Positions 1 through 9,042 are shown, numbered from the stretch's first letter. The stretch is DNA of 37,755 nucleotides from Candidatus Egerieisoma faecipullorum (GCA_018714995.1 DVMM01000063.1:1-37755); one strand, 5' to 3'. Made by a program: numbers and translations. Notes: a model not told the origin generated them from the sequence alone.

Positions 1-1
1 G

Positions 2-2314
2 AAGAAAAACGCTGACGGCTCTGCTTTCAGTTTGCAAAGCATGGCGACAAACGGAACGCTCGGTTTCTGGCTGCGTAAAGCCGCAGCGGGCGCAGACGGG
101 CAGACGCTTGACAGCGTGTATATCGGCGAAACCAAACTCCTCGAGGGAACGGATTACCATGTTTACGAGCCGACGGTGAGCGACTTGAGCGGATATGAAA
201 ATTTGTCCGGCCTGTTGTCGGTGGAGACGCTCGTTCAGGTTTATGATCAGGGGTACGGCAGTCTTTCGGTGACGAAGAAGACGGAAAATACGCCGGACGG
301 CTCGGCGGCGGAGAATGAGATATTCCATTTTCGCGTATACAGCGTGTTTGAAAACGCCACAAAGCTGGTTCTTACAAAAACAGACGCAAGCGGAAGCCCT
401 CTCTTCGACGGAAAAACAGGAACTCCGGTCACGGTGGATTTTACCGGCACGCTGAATGTGCGTTTGCGCCAGACCTTGGCCTCTGCGCAGCCGGATCAGG
501 ATACGGTCACGAACATTGCGGTTGATTTTCAAAACGGCGTCGGTATGTTCTACCTTCAGCCGGACTACGAGGTTGAGTATGTCTATATACCCGAAAACCG
601 CAGCCATGCCATATTCAGCGGCCTTACGGCCGATGAAAGCGTTGTTGGCCTGGTAGAAACACGCGTTACCTTATCCGACAGCAGTCAAAACGGCGACGGC
701 ACGGTGTGCGCCGTCCATGTTGCTTTCCGCGAGATGACGCATGCGCATACGGTTACATTTACGGACGGAGCAGGTACATTTTACCGAAATCCGGATTACG
801 CGATACAAAGCGTGAAGTTTGCGAACGGCGCAACTTATAAGGTTGATGCCGCAGAGGGAGAAAACGGCTTGACGGCGACAAGCCGCATCCAGTATACGAC
901 GCTTGCGAATATCCTGAACGTCCCCGTCCAGGGCGAGGTCGACGTGGCATTTACCGAGGCGGACAATACGCCAAGCCCGAATAACCGTGTTGTGACAAAC
1001 GCAGCTTTTCCGCCGAGCAACGGCGATTTCGGATCGATTGAGGTAAACGACGGCGACGTCACCGTGTACGCGGACGCGGACAGCGGCGGCTATAAAATTG
1101 CCTACAGCCTCGCGTCCGACACATACAAAGACGCGTCGGTCGCGCAGTTTGCGCTATATTCCGGGCAGACGATAACGATAGAGGGCTTTCCTGCCGGTGC
1201 GACATATTATGTTTACGAATACGCGGTGGGGGACGGCAGCAGAGACTTAAGCGACTGGAATACTGTAATCACGGCGGATGCTGCGGGAGAAGATTTACTT
1301 CCCGAATACGGCTACCGCGCAGCAAAGGGAACCATCCTGTTAAATGGCGGTACGCAATCAGTCATCTTTACAAATTCCGCTCATGTGGGGCAGCTTACCG
1401 TCTCGAAAACCGTGTCGGGAGATCAGGCGACGGAAGCTGACAGAGAGAAGGAATTCTCCTTTACCGTCACGATAAAGGATAGCGACGGCAAGCCGCTTGC
1501 CGGTACCTATGCGTATAAGGGCGGTGCGGCTGACGGCACAGCGGCGCCCGCGGACGGGACTTTGACGTTGACCGACGGCTCCGCGGTATTCACCCTTAAG
1601 CACGGGCAGAGCATCACCATAGGCGAAATCCCGAAGGGCGCGACCTATGAGGTGCGGGAAACAGACAGTACAGGTTATACCGTCGTCCTGAACGAGGATG
1701 AGGACGCCGACGGCATCGCAGAGGGGACGATCGTCAAGGACGGGACGTCAAACGCCGCATTTACCAATCTGAAGCTGAGTGCGCTCAGCTTTACAAAGGT
1801 GGCTGCGGAGGCGCACGATACTGTGCTTTCGGGCGCGCAGTTCCAGCTGTTCCAGCTTGAATGCAATGATACAAGCCATGACCATTCGGACGACCTTGTT
1901 TACGAGGCAGATGACTGCTGGAAGCTTGTGAACACGGGCGAGAGCGGTACTGACGGCAGGGTGTCGTTCGGAAATCTGACAGCAGGAAGCGAATACCGTC
2001 TCGTCGAGACAAAAGCGCCGGATGGCCGCGTCCTGCCGGAGGGACAGTGGAAGGTCACGACGGACGCAACCAACCTGATCGAGATCGCGGCGGTCGGCGC
2101 AAGGGACGGACGGCTGCCGCTGGCGTTCGCGGTAGATGAAGCGACAGGCGCGCTTCTTCTGCCGAACGCAAGGCCGATGGATATCCCCTCGTCCGGCGGA
2201 TTCGGGGAGCAGCCGTTCCTGATTACCGGCGGACTGCTGATGCTTACGGCATTGGGGATCATTCTTATTAAAAAGCCGCGCGGAAAGCGTACGGCTTCAA
2301 AAGAAAAACAATAA
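2..2314 (+). CDS. Large cell-wall-sorted surface adhesin, putative pilus tip/accessory pilin (5' end runs off the window)
   Basis: The frame is open from nt 2, with no stop upstream of the TTG at 32. The listed N-terminus has no signal peptide, so the gene starts upstream of the window. It contains repeated Cna-B/SpaA-type beta-sandwich modules (LTVSKTVSG..FSFTVTIKD..GATYEVRETDSTGYT; LSFTKV..GAQFQLF..GSEYRLVETKAPDGRVLPEG). The C-terminus has a tripartite sorting signal: IPSSG (2183-2197), hydrophobic FLITGGLLMLTALGIILI, then a KKPRGKR tail. Confidence 0.8.
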   Translation, partial: KKNADGSAFSLQSMATNGTLGFWLRKAAAGADGQTLDSVYIGETKLLEGTDYHVYEPTVSDLSGYENLSGLLSVETLVQVYDQGYGSLSVTKKTENTPDGSAAENEIFHFRVYSVFENATKLVLTKTDASGSPLFDGKTGTPVTVDFTGTLNVRLRQTLASAQPDQDTVTNIAVDFQNGVGMFYLQPDYEVEYVYIPENRSHAIFSGLTADESVVGLVETRVTLSDSSQNGDGTVCAVHVAFREMTHAHTVTFTDGAGTFYRNPDYAIQSVKFANGATYKVDAAEGENGLTATSRIQYTTLANILNVPVQGEVDVAFTEADNTPSPNNRVVTNAAFPPSNGDFGSIEVNDGDVTVYADADSGGYKIAYSLASDTYKDASVAQFALYSGQTITIEGFPAGATYYVYEYAVGDGSRDLSDWNTVITADAAGEDLLPEYGYRAAKGTILLNGGTQSVIFTNSAHVGQLTVSKTVSGDQATEADREKEFSFTVTIKDSDGKPLAGTYAYKGGAADGTAAPADGTLTLTDGSAVFTLKHGQSITIGEIPKGATYEVRETDSTGYTVVLNEDEDADGIAEGTIVKDGTSNAAFTNLKLSALSFTKVAAEAHDTVLSGAQFQLFQLECNDTSHDHSDDLVYEADDCWKLVNTGESGTDGRVSFGNLTAGSEYRLVETKAPDGRVLPEGQWKVTTDATNLIEIAAVGARDGRLPLAFAVDEATGALLLPNARPMDIPSSGGFGEQPFLITGGLLMLTALGIILIKKPRGKRTASKEKQ

Positions 2315-2338
2315 TTTCATATACGGGAGGAAAAAGCA

Positions 2339-3922
2339 ATGAAGACAAACGGAAAGGGATTTAAAGTGTTGGCGTTTTGCCTGATTCTGCTGATGGCGGT
2401 CGGCCTGTTCGGCACGACGGCTTTTGCCATTGCTTCAAACGGCACCGGCACGATTACGGTGAGCGGCGTGGAGGACGGCGTGACCGTCAGCGCCTATCGG
2501 TTGATGGACGTAAAGGTTAACGAAAACGGTCAGCCGCAGGAGCCGGTCTATACATGGGTTGATGCGGCCGCAAGCTGGGTGCGGACGAATTATTCCGCAT
2601 ATATCGGCACAGGGACTGATAACAGTGTGCAGGCGGCTTTCAGCACGGCGTCTGCGGAGAATATCGCCGCATTTTATGACGCGCTTGCCGCAGCGATTAA
2701 GACGACGAACAATCCGCTCAATATCCCTGTAGCAGGAACATGTACAGGAAGCGGAAGCATTGCAAGCCTTACTATGGGCAACTACCTGATCCTGATCGAA
2801 AACGGCATGAAGGTATATCGTCCATCGGCGGTCAATCTGGTACCGGAGTGGAAAGATACGGAATGGGTTATGTCTGACGCAGAGGTAACGGTCAAGTCCA
2901 GCGAGCCGACCATCACAAAGACGGTAAACGGCAAGAAAGCCGACAACGCCAGCATCGGCGATACGGTATCCTTTGTCATCGAGACTGACGTTCCGCAGTT
3001 CCCGGCAAGCGCTCCTGCGAAAAATTACGCGGTAAGCGATATCCTGCCGGCCGGGCTGACGCTGACCGGGTCTATTAAGGTTTCCGGTGTGACAGGAGCG
3101 GAATCCGATCCTCTGACAGAGGGAGACGGTAATGATTACACGCAGGGATCCGCTCGCCCGAACAGCGGCGGCAACTCTACCTTTACCCTGACCTTTGACT
3201 ATGCCAGGATCAGCATTTATGAAAAAATCCGCATCGAGTATACCGCAACGCTGAACGGAAACGCCGTTTTGGGAGAGACGGGCAATGTGAATAACGCCTA
3301 TCTCGATTACAGCAATAACCCCTATACCCAGACGAGCTGGGAAAGCAAAAGCGACAGCGCGACGATTTATACCTACGGTATGGATATCAGCAAGGTGGAC
3401 AAGGACGATCATGACACTTTCCTTGCCGGCGCGGAGTTTGAGTTGTATGCGACCGAGGAAGAAACGGCTGACAAAACGAATGCGATTGCATTTGTTATGC
3501 TTTCCGAAGGCGTGTACTGCAAGGCAGCGGCAAGCGATACGAGCACGACAACAACGCTTCAGGTCGGCGCAAAGGACAGCTTGACGGGGAAGCTTACCAT
3601 TAAAGGGCTCTCCGAAGGAACCTGGTATCTGAAGGAAATCACTGCTCCGGACGGCTATAATTTGCTGGCTTCCCCCGTTAAGGTGACGATCGAAGACAAA
3701 GACGGAGAAGCCCTTGACGGAAAGGTGAGCGGCGCGGCTGCGAATGCAACCGGCGAAGCGGTCGCTCTTGTGACACTGACCGTGGAAAATGACGACGGAT
3801 TCCAACTGCCGGTTACCGGCGGCATGGGAACCATCCTGTTCACTGCGGTGGGAATACTTCTCATGGGCGCGGCGGTTATTCTTCTTATTTTTGCTGTCAG
3901 AAAGAACAGAAAACAAAGCTAA
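2339..3922 (+). CDS. Backbone (major) pilin, isopeptide-forming fimbrial subunit with LPXTG sorting signal
   Basis: GGGAGG RBS 8 nt upstream of the ATG. Signal peptide MKTNGKGFKVLAFCLILLMAVGLFGTTAFA. D2-type start TITKTVNGKKADNASIGDTVSFVIETDVPQFP. E-box-like WYLKEITAPDGYNLL. LPVTG at 3806-3820, followed by a TM segment and an RKNRK tail. Confidence 0.85.
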   Translation: MKTNGKGFKVLAFCLILLMAVGLFGTTAFAIASNGTGTITVSGVEDGVTVSAYRLMDVKVNENGQPQEPVYTWVDAAASWVRTNYSAYIGTGTDNSVQAAFSTASAENIAAFYDALAAAIKTTNNPLNIPVAGTCTGSGSIASLTMGNYLILIENGMKVYRPSAVNLVPEWKDTEWVMSDAEVTVKSSEPTITKTVNGKKADNASIGDTVSFVIETDVPQFPASAPAKNYAVSDILPAGLTLTGSIKVSGVTGAESDPLTEGDGNDYTQGSARPNSGGNSTFTLTFDYARISIYEKIRIEYTATLNGNAVLGETGNVNNAYLDYSNNPYTQTSWESKSDSATIYTYGMDISKVDKDDHDTFLAGAEFELYATEEETADKTNAIAFVMLSEGVYCKAAASDTSTTTTLQVGAKDSLTGKLTIKGLSEGTWYLKEITAPDGYNLLASPVKVTIEDKDGEALDGKVSGAAANATGEAVALVTLTVENDDGFQLPVTGGMGTILFTAVGILLMGAAVILLIFAVRKNRKQS

Positions 3923-3945
3923 ATAAGAAATACAAACAGATCGAT

Positions 3946-3972
3946 CAGGGCGGGGCGCGCTGCTCCGCCCTG
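3946..3972 (+). terminator. GC-rich stem-loop between pilin and sortase genes (possible partial terminator/attenuator, no U-tract)
   Basis: CAGGGCGG (3946-3953) pairs with CCGCCCTG (3965-3972). It is followed by actcataaa rather than a T run. Confidence 0.3.
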
Positions 3973-4010
3973 ACTCATAAACGCAGGACTATGAAAGAGG
4001 TGAACGGCCA

Positions 4011-4916
4011 ATGCGGGAAAAATCCAAGCGCGGGGAAACGGGCAAAAGCAAGATCAGCCTGTGGGCTGTCGTTTTTGCCGCCTTGCTGTTCCTGGCCGGA
4101 GCGGCCGTGTTTCTGTACCCTGCAGTCAGCAATTGGCTTGCGGAGCTTCATCAGTCCAGCGTGATTCAGGAGTATGAAAAGGAGCTGGCAGCAGAAAATG
4201 AAGCGTTTTATGCCGCAGAATGGCAAAAGGCGCGGGAATATAACGAAAGTCTTGCGGGAGATCCGGTGCGGGATCCCTTTATCCCCGGAACGGGCTACGC
4301 TCTGCCGGAAAATTATCTGGAATGCCTGAATGTAAACGGCGTGATGGGATATCTTGTTATTCCAAAAATCAACGTCCGGCTGCCCATTTATCATGGGACA
4401 GGCGAGGAGGCCCTGCAAAACGGAGTGGGGCATATTGAATCTACCGCTTTGCCGATCGGAGGCGCGTTTACCCACGCGATCCTCACCGGTCACCGAGGTC
4501 TGCCCAGCGCCAAGCTGTTTACGAACCTGGATCGGCTTGCAATCGGAGATCGTTTTTATATTTATGTGCTGGATCAGATTTTAGCGTATGAAGTGGATGA
4601 GATCAACACCGTGCTTCCGGATGCGCTTGAGGAGCTGGAGGCCATCGAAGGACGGGATCTGGTAACGCTGATTACCTGCACGCCTTACGGCGTCAATACT
4701 CAGCGCCTGCTGGTGCGCGGCTCCCGCATTCCCTATGTGCCGGAAGAAGCCGAGGCATACAGACAGACCATACAGATGGCAGCGATTTCCGGACCGGGCG
4801 TAAAGCTGCAATATATAGGTGCGGCGGCAGGCGCCGTTTTTTTGATCCTGATTCTGATGATTGCTGCGCCGATCCGCAGGCGGCGCAGGAACAGGGAGGC
4901 GCGCCATGCAGAGTGA
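4011..4916 (+). CDS. srtC: Class C (pilin-polymerising) sortase
   Basis: GAGG RBS. N-terminal TM segment. DPF lid motif (VRDPFIPG). Catalytic LTGHRG His and TLITCTPYG Cys, with an Arg in LLVRG. C-terminal TM anchor plus an RRRRRNR tail, as is typical of class C. Confidence 0.9.
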   Translation: MREKSKRGETGKSKISLWAVVFAALLFLAGAAVFLYPAVSNWLAELHQSSVIQEYEKELAAENEAFYAAEWQKAREYNESLAGDPVRDPFIPGTGYALPENYLECLNVNGVMGYLVIPKINVRLPIYHGTGEEALQNGVGHIESTALPIGGAFTHAILTGHRGLPSAKLFTNLDRLAIGDRFYIYVLDQILAYEVDEINTVLPDALEELEAIEGRDLVTLITCTPYGVNTQRLLVRGSRIPYVPEEAEAYRQTIQMAAISGPGVKLQYIGAAAGAVFLILILMIAAPIRRRRRNREARHAE

Positions 4917-4923
4917 GGGAAAA

Positions 4924-5670
4924 ATGCGAAACCGCAATCGCTGGCTGATCGTGATCTCCATCGTAGTGTTTCTTACGGGACTGGCGGTGCTGCTTTACCC
5001 GGCGTATACGGATCGCCTTTACAGAAAAGGAGTCCAGCAGCAAAGAACAGCGTTCGAGGAGCAGATCGAAGCGGCATTTGAACGGCAGATCGAGGCCGCA
5101 AAGGAGCGCGCTCCGGAGGAGCCCCTCCCTGCGCTTCCCTTTGAAGATTTGTATCAGGAGCTGAAACGCCGCAATGAGACGCTGTTTGCTGAAAAACAGA
5201 AGGATCTGAAGGACCCGTTTTCCTATCAGCAGCCTGCTGTGGCGCTGTCTGAATTTGGCCTGGAGGGAAATATTATCGGCTTCATTTCTATTCCTAAGAT
5301 GGAGATAGAGCTGCCGATCCTGCTGGGAGCCAATACCGAAAATATGCGGGAGGGCGCCGTCCATCTGACAGAAACCTCGTATCCCATTGGTGGAGTGAAT
5401 ACCAATTGTGTTCTGGCCGCACACCGCGGCTCCAGCCGGGCGGCCATGTTCCGGGATATAGAAGCCCTGGAAATCGGCGACGAAATTTACATTCGAAATT
5501 TCCGCGAAACCCTGACTTATCAAGTGGCGGAGCTGCGCGTCATTTCCCCGACTGATGTGCAGGAGCTGCTGATCCAGAACGGACGCGATCTGGTGACACT
5601 GATCACCTGCCATCCTTATCGGCACAACTATCAGCGGTACGTGGTGTTCTGCGAGCGGGTACAGCCGTAG
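4924..5670 (+). CDS. srtC: Class C sortase (second copy)
   Basis: GAGGGA lies 5 nt before the ATG at 4924; ATG 4906 and the track start 4861 are alternatives. N-terminal TM WLIVISIVVFLTGLAVLLY. DPF lid (LKDPFSY). AAHRG His, TLITCHPY Cys, VVFCER Arg. There is no C-terminal TM, unlike the first copy. Confidence 0.85.
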   Translation: MRNRNRWLIVISIVVFLTGLAVLLYPAYTDRLYRKGVQQQRTAFEEQIEAAFERQIEAAKERAPEEPLPALPFEDLYQELKRRNETLFAEKQKDLKDPFSYQQPAVALSEFGLEGNIIGFISIPKMEIELPILLGANTENMREGAVHLTETSYPIGGVNTNCVLAAHRGSSRAAMFRDIEALEIGDEIYIRNFRETLTYQVAELRVISPTDVQELLIQNGRDLVTLITCHPYRHNYQRYVVFCERVQP

Positions 5671-5761
5671 AAACCCCGACCTGATACATAAACTCGGCCT
5701 GTATTTTACTTTGATTTAACGAATAAAATATTGATTTTTGCGGCATTTTTCAGAAAAACCG

Positions 5762-5780
5762 TATAATATTATGATATAAT
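5762..5780 (+). promoter_or_regulatory. Two overlapping TATAAT -10 boxes in an AT-rich intergenic region
   Basis: TATAAT at 5762-5767 (TTGCGG 18 nt upstream) and TGaTATAAT at 5772-5780 (extended -10). Both lie upstream of the 5916 ORF. Confidence 0.3.
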
Positions 5781-5915
5781 CGCTCGTATTTTCTAATTTA
5801 TTTATATATTGAATATTTTGTTAAAAATTATAATTTCGTCAAATTTATGTTATACTTAAACTCGCTGAAAGGCTGACCTGTTTACTTAAATATAACTGAA
5901 GGAACGTTAAACGCT

Positions 5916-6233
5916 ATGATCGAATTTATGAATTTGTTTTTCCCTCCAATGATTGCAATTTATATTTACTTCCGCAGGAAGAAAGAAAAGATTGCTTTCT
6001 CTCTGCCGTTGATTGTAAAATATTGTATTGTTACGGTTCTTGTTTTTGCTTTTGCAAAAATCCTTTCCCAGATTGTCAATATATTTTATCCCTTAGCGAT
6101 TCCGCTGGATCGCGCGCCGTACACCCTGTTTGCAATCGTCGCTTCGGTGCTGCTTCCGTTTCTCATTGAATTTGTTCAGAGATATTTCCGGTTTGAAATA
6201 AAGGTAGAAAGCAATGAAAATGAAGAAAAATAA
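5916..6233 (+). CDS. Small hydrophobic membrane protein (about 3 TM), function unknown
   Basis: AT-rich ORF with three hydrophobic stretches and an acidic tail (ESNENEEK). It overlaps the next gene by 20 nt. I recognise no family. Confidence 0.5.
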   Translation: MIEFMNLFFPPMIAIYIYFRRKKEKIAFSLPLIVKYCIVTVLVFAFAKILSQIVNIFYPLAIPLDRAPYTLFAIVASVLLPFLIEFVQRYFRFEIKVESNENEEK

Positions 6234-7734
6234 AGCACGCCGTTTTTTGCCGATCGCGGCCGTCTTTTTCGGAATTCTTTTTATACTGGCCGTCGTTGTC
6301 TACATCCTTACGCGATGGGTAGACGCAACCTATGATGTTGACTTCAATACCTTGATCTATACGATGCTGTCGCCTTTAAAGGGAACGGGGAACAGCGTGG
6401 TGGATTCGATTTTGCAGGCATGTCTGCCTTCTGTTATTTTCTGTTTGATTCTGTATATTATATCGGCCTTTCTGCTTTGCCAATCCAGAGTATCTGTATC
6501 TTTGTCTGTCGGGGCTAAGCGCAGAAAATTCGATCTTCTTAAATGGCTGCGGCGAATCGGTGCTGCGGCCTGCATCGCCTGTCTTGCTGCGGCCTGTCTT
6601 TTTTGCAATCAGGTGCTCGGAATCGGGAGCTGGTGGAAGAATCAGAAACAAAATTCTACGATCTATGAGGATTATTACGTCGATCCCGACAGTGTGAGCA
6701 TCACGCTGAACGGGGAAGCGAAGAATTTGATTTATATCTATTTGGAAAGCGCGGAAACAACGTATGCCTCCGTAGAGGAGGGCGGCGCGCAGGAGGTCAA
6801 TTATATCCCCAATATGACGGCTTTGGCAAAAGAGAACATTTCCTTCTCGGATAAAGACGGGCTGGGCGGGTTCCGGCCGTCCGTCGGAACCGTCTGGACA
6901 ATGGGAGGGATTTTCGGCACGACGTCAGGACTTCCGTTTGCGTTTCCTATAGAGCGGAATGAAATGAATAAGAGAGAAGTGTTTGCTTCCGGCGTCACTA
7001 CGCTGGGCGATATCCTGGAGGAATACAACTACCATCAGGAATTCCTTTGCGGCTCGGATTCGGATTTTGGCGGGCGGCGCGACTATTTTGAACAGCACGG
7101 CAATTATGAAATATTCGATTATTATACGGCAATCGAAAAGGGATATATTGCATCCGACTATTATGTGTGGTGGGGCTTTGAGGATGCGATCCTGTATGAG
7201 ATCGCCAAGGATGAGCTGACGCGCCTTGCCGCCGAGGAGCAACCGTTTAATTTTACCTTTCTGACGGTGGACCAGCATTATCTCGACGGATACGTCTGCG
7301 AGCTATGCGGAGACGAGTATGATGTCCAGCTTGCAAACGTTCTGGCGTGCTCCGACCGCCTGCTGGCCGATTTTATAGATTGGTGCAAACAGCAGGATTT
7401 TTATGAAGATACCGTGATTGTCATTTCAGGAGATCATCCGAGAATGGATACAACCTTGGTAGACGGGATCGATTATGCAGACAGAACAATTTACAATTGC
7501 TTTATCAACACGGACCGGACGATTGCACTGTCGGAAAAAAACAGGGAATTTACGACGCTGGACATGTTTCCTACGGTGCTTTCTGCGTTGGGCTTTGACA
7601 TTGAAGGCGACCGCCTCGGACTGGGCACCGATCTTTTCTCTTCGACAAAAACGCTTGCGGAAGAGCTTGGCTACGAGTATCTCCAGCAGGAGCTGTCAAA
7701 GTCCTCCCTGTATTACATCAGTCATTTCGCCTGA
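6214..7734 (+). CDS. LTA synthase (LtaS)/phosphoglycerol-transferase family, sulfatase-fold membrane enzyme
   Basis: Basic N-terminus followed by 3 TM segments and then an extracytoplasmic alkaline-phosphatase-superfamily domain. Motifs: LESAETTY, FLTVDQHY, VIVISGDHPRMD. Confidence 0.75.
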   Translation: MKMKKNKARRFLPIAAVFFGILFILAVVVYILTRWVDATYDVDFNTLIYTMLSPLKGTGNSVVDSILQACLPSVIFCLILYIISAFLLCQSRVSVSLSVGAKRRKFDLLKWLRRIGAAACIACLAAACLFCNQVLGIGSWWKNQKQNSTIYEDYYVDPDSVSITLNGEAKNLIYIYLESAETTYASVEEGGAQEVNYIPNMTALAKENISFSDKDGLGGFRPSVGTVWTMGGIFGTTSGLPFAFPIERNEMNKREVFASGVTTLGDILEEYNYHQEFLCGSDSDFGGRRDYFEQHGNYEIFDYYTAIEKGYIASDYYVWWGFEDAILYEIAKDELTRLAAEEQPFNFTFLTVDQHYLDGYVCELCGDEYDVQLANVLACSDRLLADFIDWCKQQDFYEDTVIVISGDHPRMDTTLVDGIDYADRTIYNCFINTDRTIALSEKNREFTTLDMFPTVLSALGFDIEGDRLGLGTDLFSSTKTLAEELGYEYLQQELSKSSLYYISHFA

Positions 7735-9042
7735 AGCCTGGGGGAATTGTTCGAAATATAATTTCGCCAGGTCTGCCGGCTCCGAAGCCATCGTTTTTTT
7801 ATAGATCGAACGCAGGCGCCGCGCGGAAAACTTTTTTGTATCGGGGCTGCCGTAGATAAGGGCGGCGAGCGCGGCCATTTCCGCAGAAGACAACGCATAA
7901 CGCCGTCTGAATTGCGTCAGCGCGCATGCGGCGGCTTCCCGCGTCTCGGCCGGCAGCAGCGTTTCCATGCGGTTCCTTCCGAAAAACGACGGCAGCAGCC
8001 ATGCCAGCACGCCGCAGATCAAGAAGCAGCCGGCACAAAGAAACGGAAGCGGGACGGATCGGAAAAACTCCGGCGGTACCCAGCGCAGGAGGCGGAGCAC
8101 GGCATGGAGCAGGAATCCGGAGCTGCACCAATACAGCAAATGCCCGCGGCCGTAAAGCAGCGTAGGAAAGAAAAGCACAAATACGGCACAGATCGACTCC
8201 GCAAACAGAAAGGACAGCAGAGCCGGAAGGGCGGAGGAAAACGGGAAAACCGGCAGCAGCGCGCTGGCACCGGTCAGCAGAAGCAATCCGCATACGAGAA
8301 TCCGGATTGCTTTTCTGTCAAAGAGCAGGCCAAGCAGAAGTCCGGCGGGGAAAGAAAAAAATCCGGCGATCCGGACGATCTGCTCTGATGGAGCGGAAGC
8401 GCCATCGTACAGCGCCTGAAAAATAAAAAGCTGCAGAACAAGCAGCAGCGCAAGCCCCGCAAACGAAGCAAGCCACAGGCTTTTCATATGCTGCAGCAAA
8501 AAACGAGGCGATCCGTGAGCCTGCTTTGTCCCTGCGGCATTTCTGTAATTCAGCAGAAAAACAAACAGGGGACAAACGGATAAAACCGTAAATTGCAGGG
8601 GAAATGAGATCCTCGGAAGCAGCGGAAGCAAAACGGTATAAAGAGCCTGTCCGGAGGCATATAAGCCAAAGGCAACGCCGAGCTTAAAATAGCGCCGCTT
8701 TTCCGGGGCGGCGGACAGAAAACGGCTCAGGCAAAAAGAAAGCAGCATTCCGGAAAATAACGCAAACGGAATCAGGATGAGCCAGTGAAAGCTACACAGT
8801 GGAAGCAGCGCCGTAAAGGTAAATGAAATCAACGGGATCCAGCTGCTCAGCTCGCTGAGATAGCTTTCCCAAAGCCCGTATAAGAGAAATCCTGCGCCAA
8901 GGAGCGTAAATGCCGCTGCTTTTTTCACATCCGTACAGCCGTCCGCTTCCTCGATAAGCTGCTGGAGGATTCCCGTACTGCATGCGATCATGCAAAGCAC
9001 CGTATATTTAAGCGAGTCCTTCTGCTTCATACAACACCCCAT
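7696..9042 (-). CDS. Polytopic integral membrane protein (about 10-12 TM), function unknown
   Basis: Leu/Phe-rich helices run throughout, followed by a soluble C-terminal tail of about 90 aa. A consensus promoter lies directly upstream. ATG 9030 is an alternative start. Confidence 0.6.
   Translation of the reverse strand: MGCCMKQKDSLKYTVLCMIACSTGILQQLIEEADGCTDVKKAAAFTLLGAGFLLYGLWESYLSELSSWIPLISFTFTALLPLCSFHWLILIPFALFSGMLLSFCLSRFLSAAPEKRRYFKLGVAFGLYASGQALYTVLLPLLPRISFPLQFTVLSVCPLFVFLLNYRNAAGTKQAHGSPRFLLQHMKSLWLASFAGLALLLVLQLFIFQALYDGASAPSEQIVRIAGFFSFPAGLLLGLLFDRKAIRILVCGLLLLTGASALLPVFPFSSALPALLSFLFAESICAVFVLFFPTLLYGRGHLLYWCSSGFLLHAVLRLLRWVPPEFFRSVPLPFLCAGCFLICGVLAWLLPSFFGRNRMETLLPAETREAAACALTQFRRRYALSSAEMAALAALIYGSPDTKKFSARRLRSIYKKTMASEPADLAKLYFEQFPQASGEMTDVIQGGL

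Noticed and set aside
2435-3916. 493-aa ORF antisense to the backbone pilin gene
   Set aside because: It is a stop-free antisense frame of a GC-rich gene. The product is Arg/Cys/His-rich with low complexity and has no RBS. The sense strand has an unambiguous signal peptide, pilin domains and LPVTG.
5047-5105. Imperfect tandem repeat in the second sortase gene (EEQIEAAF / ERQIEAAK)
   Set aside because: It is a short coiled linker duplication inside the non-catalytic N-terminal region, with only two copies and no evidence of functional significance.
5916-7734. Possibility that the 105-aa ORF and the 506-aa LtaS-family ORF are one gene split by a frameshift in the A-rich overlap
   Set aside because: The 506-aa protein alone has a basic cytoplasmic N-terminus and three TM segments, which places the sulfatase domain outside as required. 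Adding three more TM segments would invert it unless the N-terminus were outside. I cannot exclude the split without homologue alignment, so I treat them as separate genes.
7696-7960. LuxR/GerE-type HTH in the C-terminal tail of the 448-aa membrane protein (LSSAEMAALAALIYG...)
   Set aside because: Only the first helix pattern matches. The segment after the Gly is about 9 residues too short and lacks the recognition-helix pattern, so I make no DNA-binding call.
7799-8575. Cluster of highly basic short ORFs on both strands inside the membrane-protein gene (for example 7912-8388, a K/R/Q-rich 158-aa ORF)
   Set aside because: They arise from the antisense or shifted reading of Leu/Phe codons in a TM-rich gene. 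Only the 448-aa minus-strand frame gives coherent TM helices and has a consensus promoter.
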